NCBI GenBank assembly: GCA_965248195.1
Contig: CBDFIQ010000002.1
Coordinates: forward strand, 64,001-128,000
Length of the DNA stretch: 64,000 bases
From: Longimicrobiales bacterium
GTDB taxonomy: Bacteria; Gemmatimonadota; Gemmatimonadetes; Longimicrobiales; Gaopeijiaceae
Direction of reading: 5' to 3'
The notes beneath the pieces are model-generated. The model did no database searches. It saw only the letters and a list, made by a program, of their open reading frames with translations, and had not been told where the DNA came from. The stretch's first letter is position 1. The number at the start of each line of letters is the position of its first letter. The position numbers and the translations under genes were made by a program. Shown here piece by piece: positions 57,640 through 64,000 of the stretch.

Positions 57640-58248
57640 GTGACCGGAATTGGGGAGCGCTTGAGCGCTGTCCTCTCGAACCCCAGGACCTGGCACTTTC
57701 TCCGCAAGTTGCCCGAGTTCGACTATCGGCGTACGAAAGAGCGCATCCGATGCATTCTTGGGGACACCGAGGGTAACGTACTGGATCTCGGGTGCGGCAC
57801 CGGTGAATATGCGCGTCTCTTTTCGGCCCAACGGTACGTGGGGCTGGATCTGTCGCCTCCCTTTGTGCGTTATGCGTCCACCAGGCTTGGAGGCTTCGCC
57901 TTTCTCGTGGGTGACGGGGAGCGCCTCCCCTTCCCGGATGATCGGTTCCACCGCGTGCTCGTCAACGGTGTCATCCACCACTTGGACGATGGCAGCGCGG
58001 ACCGGCTGCTCCGGGAGGCGAGCCGAGTTGTGCGACCGTCGGGTGCGGTCCTCATCATCGAGGACGTGCCAAGCTCGGCTGTGAACCTACCGGGTCGTTT
58101 GATGCACGCCCTCGACCAGGGTGATCACATACGCACGGCGGAGGCCTATGGAGAACTCATCGAGCGGCATTTCTCGATCATGCGGACTGAGGCGTATCGT
58201 TCGGGGATCTGCGAATACGCCCTCTTCGAGACGGCCCCTCATGGCTGA
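57640..58248 (+). CDS. Class I SAM methyltransferase
   Basis: VLDLGCGTG, LPFPDDRF, VIHHL. Confidence 0.88.
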   Translation: MTGIGERLSAVLSNPRTWHFLRKLPEFDYRRTKERIRCILGDTEGNVLDLGCGTGEYARLFSAQRYVGLDLSPPFVRYASTRLGGFAFLVGDGERLPFPDDRFHRVLVNGVIHHLDDGSADRLLREASRVVRPSGAVLIIEDVPSSAVNLPGRLMHALDQGDHIRTAEAYGELIERHFSIMRTEAYRSGICEYALFETAPHG

Positions 58249-58323
58249 ACCCAGAGTTCCCTTTCTCGATTCATTGGGTATGGATGACTCTCCGAGCTCC
58301 GAGCGATAGGTCCGGGCCCCGAC

Positions 58324-59067
58324 GTGGAGAACTCAGAATTCGCATTGATGCGGCACCACGAGGACACCTATTGGTGGTACCGCGGAATCCGTGAGCTAGC
58401 CGCGACCGCCATTCGTAGGTACTCGAAGGGTAAGAGCCTCTCGCTCCTCGACGCCGGCTGCGGAACCGGTGGGCAGCTGGCCCGCCTCATGGGCGAGGAC
58501 CGGATCGGTCGGGTGGCGGGCCTCGATTTCTCGATGGGGGCCGTGAGAATGGCGGCTGAGCGCGGGCTCGGTGGTCTCCTACGCGGATCGACGATGACGC
58601 TGCCGTTCCGCAACAACACGTTCGACGTGGTCACCTCGATCGATGTCCTGTACATCAAAGGGGTCGACGACCGATTGGCGATGTCGGAGATGCGTCGGGT
58701 ATTGAAGCTCGGGGGACTGATCGTGCTCAACTTGCCGGCGTTCGAGATGCTGCGCGGGCGCCACGACGCGGCCGTGCAGACGCGGCACCGGTATAGGAAG
58801 TCGGAGGTGGGCGGGCTCCTCCGAGAGCACGGCTTCGACGTCCTGAAGTTGAGTTATTGGAACATGACTCTGTTTCCCGTGATGATGGCGAAGCGCACAA
58901 TGGAGCGTCTGTTTCGCAAGGGAGCGCCGCCCGCGTCGGATATGTCCGACCTTCCCGGACCCGTGAATCACATACTCACCGGGCTGATGCGGGTCGAGAA
59001 CCAAATACTTTTGGCGACCGGGATGCCTTTCGGCGGCTCGATTTTTGCGGTGGGCATGCGTCAATAG
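58324..59067 (+). CDS. Class I SAM methyltransferase
   Basis: EDTYWWY, LDAGCGTG, DVL, HD...HRY. Confidence 0.88.
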   Translation: MENSEFALMRHHEDTYWWYRGIRELAATAIRRYSKGKSLSLLDAGCGTGGQLARLMGEDRIGRVAGLDFSMGAVRMAAERGLGGLLRGSTMTLPFRNNTFDVVTSIDVLYIKGVDDRLAMSEMRRVLKLGGLIVLNLPAFEMLRGRHDAAVQTRHRYRKSEVGGLLREHGFDVLKLSYWNMTLFPVMMAKRTMERLFRKGAPPASDMSDLPGPVNHILTGLMRVENQILLATGMPFGGSIFAVGMRQ

Positions 59068-59082
59068 TACAGGCCCCCTCCA

Positions 59083-60960
59083 CTAGGGCCGTCTTACGAT
59101 GAGGTAGTGGCCGACCTCAATTGCGAGTGGGTAACGCGCCTCCAACTCCTGCATCAACGCCAGCGGAGGGGCCCCTGAGAATGATGGGTTGAGTTTAATG
59201 ACAACGATGCCCACATCGTGCTCGTCCAGCGTACTCAGAACTCGCTCCACACGCTCATCGTCCTCCGAGAAAAAGTCGAAAAGCACCCCTGTCGGGTTTC
59301 GGAGCCCGCTCAGAAAGTAAACCTCCGGGGCGTCCGGAAAGGCCAGCGTGGCTCCTCCCGGAGAGAGCTGCTGAAGAGTCGCGACCAGACGCTCTAACTC
59401 GTCTCGCTCTTCGGGCGTCACGCGAATGCCGCCTCTCTCCATCCTGAGGCGCTCGGTGTCGCGCCGAGTCTCATACCCCCCGAAACCCACCGTGACCATG
59501 TTCCCGGTCCCCAGCCATCGAACTCCAAACGCCAAAGCGAAGACCAACAGGACGGTACCGGGGAGATGCGCCTTCTTGCCACCGACTGCGACTAGCGCCA
59601 GCGCCACGAGCGGAATCAGGCTTCCCACGTACAGCGTGTAGATCGCTCCGGCGAAGGGGAATTGGGCCAGACCGAAGATGGCGGCCTGCGCCAGGAGCGC
59701 GGCAGCTAGAACGGGCTGAAGGTCGGGACGCAGCGTGCCCTTGGTCGAATTCGGGCGACCCCCCGACATCGCGACTCTCAAGACGAGTACCCCCGCGGCG
59801 ACGCACACGGGGATCGCTATGACGTATCCTGACCACACGGCCTGGAACACGGCCTGGTTTCCACCGATCGCGAGAATCACAACGAGAAGGATCACCGCTC
59901 CCCCGAGGAACGCCCATCGAGCGGTTCCGCGGAGCGCCCCGCCGAGCACGAGTACGGCGAAAAGCCCGAGGCTCGGAAGCGCCTGACCGAGCGTGGGAGG
60001 GGAAAGCGTGACTTCACCCACTCGTCTGAGTGGGGAGACGAAGACCCCTTGGATCAGCTCACCTAGGGCGCCCGATGCCACATACGGCACGGCGAATAGG
60101 AGGACGGGTACGAGCGCACCCGCGATTATGGGCCCGGCCGTCCGTACCGTCCGCGCGAGACGCTTTCCGGATGACAGGACATGCGGCTGCCGCCACTCGA
60201 AATAGACCATCAGGCCCGCTACGAGGCTCGTGGGGAGCAGGAAATGAACAGCACTCGGCCAGGAAAGGCTCGAGTAAATCAGGCCGACGATCATCAGAAC
60301 GAGAACCACAGCCGCCGTAGTGAGGACGACCGAGTACCAGCGTAGAACTTCTCGTACCGGTCCGGTGGAGTCTTCCGCTCTGCCGGCCGCGTCCTGCTCC
60401 AAGAAGCCGACCGCCAGAAGAAGCCCAGCGAGCGTATAGAGGCCGATCACCTTCATGAGGATCGAGGCGCCTGCGCAGGCTCCGGCAAAGACGAGCCACC
60501 GAGTCCGGGGCGATTCCAGGTAACGGGCAAGCCCCCAAACGGCTCCGACGGCGAGGAAGAGGTTGTACCAGCTGGGCATAGCGGCTGGATAGTTGGGCAT
60601 CCCCCAAACGGTCATGCAAAGAACCACCGCAGCCGAGGTCCGGGGAGCCGCGAATCTCCGTGCGATCGCGTACGACGCCCCCAAGAAAACCAAGAAAGAC
60701 AAGAAGAGAAGGATGCGGGGGGCGAGCAAATTCACTCCGAAGAGCACGAACGAGAGGGCGTTCCAGTACGCCAGGCCACCCGTGTACACGTCCGAGAAGT
60801 CCCGGTGTGGTAGCTGCCCGCCCAGAACACGGAGGGCCGTCTCCCCGAGTGTCCCGTCGTCGTGCGGTATCCAGCCGCGGTCCAGAAGAAGGGCCGCGTA
60901 GACGACTGCCGCCCCAAGCAGAATCATTACCAGGGGGTCCAGGCGGCGGGGACCTTTCAA
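59083..60960 (-). CDS. GT-C (ArnT/GT39-like) integral membrane glycosyltransferase
   Basis: PHDDG, GQLPHRDFSDVY loop after TM1, many TM helices, YFLSG. Confidence 0.8.
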   Translation of the reverse strand: MKGPRRLDPLVMILLGAAVVYAALLLDRGWIPHDDGTLGETALRVLGGQLPHRDFSDVYTGGLAYWNALSFVLFGVNLLAPRILLFLSFLVFLGASYAIARRFAAPRTSAAVVLCMTVWGMPNYPAAMPSWYNLFLAVGAVWGLARYLESPRTRWLVFAGACAGASILMKVIGLYTLAGLLLAVGFLEQDAAGRAEDSTGPVREVLRWYSVVLTTAAVVLVLMIVGLIYSSLSWPSAVHFLLPTSLVAGLMVYFEWRQPHVLSSGKRLARTVRTAGPIIAGALVPVLLFAVPYVASGALGELIQGVFVSPLRRVGEVTLSPPTLGQALPSLGLFAVLVLGGALRGTARWAFLGGAVILLVVILAIGGNQAVFQAVWSGYVIAIPVCVAAGVLVLRVAMSGGRPNSTKGTLRPDLQPVLAAALLAQAAIFGLAQFPFAGAIYTLYVGSLIPLVALALVAVGGKKAHLPGTVLLVFALAFGVRWLGTGNMVTVGFGGYETRRDTERLRMERGGIRVTPEERDELERLVATLQQLSPGGATLAFPDAPEVYFLSGLRNPTGVLFDFFSEDDERVERVLSTLDEHDVGIVVIKLNPSFSGAPPLALMQELEARYPLAIEVGHYLIVRRP

Positions 60961-61150
60961 CGCGAAGTCTCCTTCCGCGTGAGTTCTGGACGAAGGATAG
61001 GAGGTAGCCTAGTCAAAGCTTTTTGAAGCGTCGGGACAACGTGAGGGCCAGGGACAAAGCGGTCAACATGAGATCTCTGAATGGAGCGGTATCATGGTTG
61101 GGTTTGAACGGGATGTACAACACACTGGTACTCGTTCGTCAAACGGGATG

Positions 61151-61177
61151 TGCAACATCCGGCCCCTCATTCGTCAT
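61151..61177 (+). promoter_or_regulatory. ECF-type autoregulatory promoter
   Basis: TGCAAC-N15-CGTCAT upstream of the ECF gene; overlaps the dyad GGATGT-GCA-ACATCC. Confidence 0.45.
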
Positions 61178-61215
61178 TAGATTTGAAAGGGGCCGATTGA
61201 TCGATCGAGGACGCC

Positions 61216-61722
61216 GTGGATGTAGACTGGGGAGAACTTTACAGGACCGCGCTGCCGGATCTGGTGCGCTTCCTTCACCGGAAGGTGTGGGATATGGAGC
61301 GCGCGAGGGATCTGGCGCAGGATACCTTCGTCCGGGCGCTCCGGGAGAATCCGGCTGATCCACGGGCTTGGCTGTTCACCGTCGCGGCCAACCTCGCCAG
61401 AGACGAGGCGCGTACGGCGATTCGCCGCAAGCGCCACTTGACGCTGCTGAAAACGGAAGCGGAAGTAAGCTCCGTGACCGTAGATCCAGTCGGGGAGCTC
61501 GAGCGGGGTGAACGGGAGGCCGTAGTTCGCCGGGCGCTCGAGGCGTTGAGCGAGCGAGATCGGGAGGCTCTCCTCCTCTGGGACGCGGGACTCGATTACG
61601 GTGAGATCGCGGGAACACTCGAGATCTCGACGGGATCGGTCGGCACCACGCTCGCCCGTGCCCGGGAGCGGCTCGTGAAGGCACATCGAGATCAGGAGCG
61701 GGATGATGTCGCACATCAGTAA
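61216..61722 (+). CDS. ECF sigma-70 factor
   Basis: DLAQDTFVRAL, WLFTVAAN, YGEIAGTLEISTGSVGTTLARAR. Confidence 0.92.
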   Translation: MDVDWGELYRTALPDLVRFLHRKVWDMERARDLAQDTFVRALRENPADPRAWLFTVAANLARDEARTAIRRKRHLTLLKTEAEVSSVTVDPVGELERGEREAVVRRALEALSERDREALLLWDAGLDYGEIAGTLEISTGSVGTTLARARERLVKAHRDQERDDVAHQ

Positions 61723-62917
61723 GGGAGACATTCACGCCTACCTCGACGGCGCGTTGGGCGCCTATCCGGAGGAGGCCGCCAGGCACGTTCGGGAACACCT
61801 GGATGCATGCCGGGTGTGTGCGCAGTCGCTCGAGGGTGAAAGGCGCCTGCGGGAAGAGGCGTCCGCGATCCTTGCGGCTTCGGCCCAGGGACCGGTGGAA
61901 CTCGACTCACTCGAGGAGCTGCGGGCCAGGGCCGCCGCGGTCGCAGGGCAGGAGCGGGCCGAAGGGGCCGAGGGGTCTGAGCGGACAGAGAGGGCCCGAC
62001 CCTCGCTGGGCACCCGTATGTACTCGCTTCGTTGGGCGGCGATGGTGGTGATATCGCTCGGGGCCGGTTGGATGGCCCGGGATCTTACGGGGCCGGCGGG
62101 CGATGTCGGCCGCGGGGCCCTGACCGAGCCCGTCGTGACCAGCATCGGGTTGCGGCCGTCCGCGGATGACCAGCGTCTGGAACGTGACAACGCCGGGGGA
62201 CTCGCTGAAGCGGAAACCCTGCGCGAGTCCCAACCTGCGGCGGCCGGTCGGCTCGCTGAAGCGGAGACACCGCCCGAGTCGCCAGATGCCGTGGCTGTCG
62301 GGGGGGTCGCCCTTGGTTCCGACCGGAGCGCTGGTCGGTTCGATGACGATGCGGTCCTGGATCAGGTGGAGGCTGTGCCTGCTCGACAGCGGGTAGAGTC
62401 GGCTGCTGCTCGTGGGGTGGAGCTCGCCGACGGGAACGTGAGGGCCCCGGCAGCGGAACCCCCGCCGCAGGCGCTGGCCCTCTCCGAGGAGCTCCGTCGC
62501 TCCGTGTCGGCTGCGGACCGGCGAGACGGAGCCTCGCTGTTTAGCGACGCCGCGCCGGGACCTTCTGGGGTCCCCTCGGCCTCCACGACTTCATTTCTGG
62601 TGCCGGGACTGCCGGTCCGTGATGTGCGGTTGGATGTGGAGACCGAGGGCCTGGCCGGAGCGCGCGGCGGTTCGGTGGTCGTGACTCAGGAGTTAGAAGA
62701 TGGGCGCCTCGTCGAGCTTCAGTTCATTCCGGTGGCCGGAAGCGATCCGGCGCCCGGCGAGCCAACGCAGGAGCGAAGCGGCTTCCTCGGCCGTACACGG
62801 CCGGCGGGTTGGAGAATGGCCGTGCGCGACGTGCCTGGAGGTGTGGCGGTGTTGTCGGGCCCACTCACCGAGCGTGAGTTGGAGGAGCTGTTGGACCGCG
62901 CCTTGGGGCCGCGCTGA
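61706..62917 (+). CDS. Zinc-finger anti-sigma factor
   Basis: HLDACRVC, TM segment LRWAAMVVISLGAGW. Confidence 0.85.
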   Translation: MSHISKGDIHAYLDGALGAYPEEAARHVREHLDACRVCAQSLEGERRLREEASAILAASAQGPVELDSLEELRARAAAVAGQERAEGAEGSERTERARPSLGTRMYSLRWAAMVVISLGAGWMARDLTGPAGDVGRGALTEPVVTSIGLRPSADDQRLERDNAGGLAEAETLRESQPAAAGRLAEAETPPESPDAVAVGGVALGSDRSAGRFDDDAVLDQVEAVPARQRVESAAARGVELADGNVRAPAAEPPPQALALSEELRRSVSAADRRDGASLFSDAAPGPSGVPSASTTSFLVPGLPVRDVRLDVETEGLAGARGGSVVVTQELEDGRLVELQFIPVAGSDPAPGEPTQERSGFLGRTRPAGWRMAVRDVPGGVAVLSGPLTERELEELLDRALGPR

Positions 62918-63066
62918 AGCTCGCCCTCTGATCGGATCCGCGGGATTACTGCGAGGGGCGGCTGGCGTCCACCGTTTCGGCAGGTAAGTTATGGGCCCCG
63001 AACCCTCCGCTCCGGTCCTTCTGACGGGCGCGGACCACCTCTCTGGCGAATGCGTAGGAAGGTCTG

Positions 63067-64000
63067 ATGAAATCAGGGTATTTGGTGTCGACGCTCTTCT
63101 TCATGGTGACAGCGGCCGGCTCCGCCTGTGCTCAGGAGCGAGCTAACGGCGAACTCCAGCCCCTCCCCGAAAATGTGGTAGCGGCGGCCGCGTCCATTGA
63201 TCCGGGCGAATATCTGCGAAAGCTCGGCGTGATCGCCCACGACAGCATGAGCGGCAGGGATACCCCTAGCCCTGGCCTCGAGATGACGGCCGCGTGGATC
63301 GCCAGCGAGTTCGACCGGGTGGGCCTGGTGCCCATGGGCGATGGCGGATCCTACGTGCAGCGTTACCCGATCGAGACGGTCCGGCCTGATCTGGTTGCAT
63401 CTTCCGCGAAGGTGAATGGCGGAGGTGACCTACGCTTCGGTCGCGACCTTGTGATCGCAGGGGCGTCCGAGGGAGACCTCGAGGGAGAGGTGGTGATGCT
63501 CGTGGGTACGGGTGAGATGACCCCCGCAGCGGTCTCCGAGATCGTAGGGAAGCACGTAGTCGTGGCTTCGATGCCTGGTGGACTTGATCGCGAGGGACGG
63601 AGGTTCGTGACGAACCTGCGCCGGGACGGAGCGATTTCCGTGCTCGTGGTCGTCGACGCAGCGGATCGTGCGTGGAATCAATACGTCGAGCGTCTTTCGG
63701 GTAGCAGCGCCATCCGGCTGGGCCGCAACCGTACACAGACGGGCTTCTCCGTAGAGGTGCGCGCCGGCGCCATCCGGCCGATTCTCTCGGCCCATGGCGT
63801 TGACCTCGACAAGGCTAGTGGGCCGGGGGCCGTGTCCATCATGGACGTGCCCGGATTGGCGCTTACGCTCTCGCCCAGGGTCCAGGTGCTACAGAGCCAG
63901 TCCGCTCCGAATGTGGTCGGAATCCTCGAAGGCAGCGACCCGGTCCTCAAGGAGGAGTACGTGGTCTTCAGTGCCCACATGGATCACATCGGAATCGGCC
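63067..64000 (+). CDS. M28-family peptidase (3-prime end beyond window)
   Basis: Not in the ORF track. Manual translation MKSGYLV...AHDSMSGRDTPSPG...NVVGILEGSDPVLKEEYVVFSAHMDHIG. Confidence 0.9.
   Translation, partial: MKSGYLVSTLFFMVTAAGSACAQERANGELQPLPENVVAAAASIDPGEYLRKLGVIAHDSMSGRDTPSPGLEMTAAWIASEFDRVGLVPMGDGGSYVQRYPIETVRPDLVASSAKVNGGGDLRFGRDLVIAGASEGDLEGEVVMLVGTGEMTPAAVSEIVGKHVVVASMPGGLDREGRRFVTNLRRDGAISVLVVVDAADRAWNQYVERLSGSSAIRLGRNRTQTGFSVEVRAGAIRPILSAHGVDLDKASGPGAVSIMDVPGLALTLSPRVQVLQSQSAPNVVGILEGSDPVLKEEYVVFSAHMDHIGIG

Overview
GC-rich bacterial chromosomal window. The gene repertoire (stand-alone TonB plug-type lipoproteins, carboxypeptidase-regulatory-domain proteins, ECF/anti-sigma/DUF4097 modules) suggests a Gemmatimonadota-like organism; this is inference. 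The main feature is an ~18 kb lipid/glycan locus (29.8-47.5 kb). It holds a complete bacterial ceramide pathway (Spt, YghO/bCerS-like N-acyltransferase, CerR-like reductase, ACP) together with a fungal MIPC-synthase-like GT32, a GT64, a Stealth phosphotransferase, three sulfotransferases, a duplicated ACP-FabF module and export components. It is a candidate pathway for a eukaryote-like sulfated glycosphingolipid. Also present: a merR-merB mini-locus with two MerR operators and no merA; six IS copies (2x IS3 with unusual 7-bp extensions outside the IRs, 2x IS5, 2x IS256, one nested) that disrupt an ECF sigma and a DUF2157 gene; a candidate ~200-nt structured ncRNA; two unannotated small ORFs; a repeated 27-bp hairpin; a cyclase-STAND-TPR protein; an MMPL/LolA-like pair; and a GT2/GT-C glycosylation module. 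No rRNA, tRNA or CRISPR array was seen. All family assignments come from motif recognition by eye, not from database searches.
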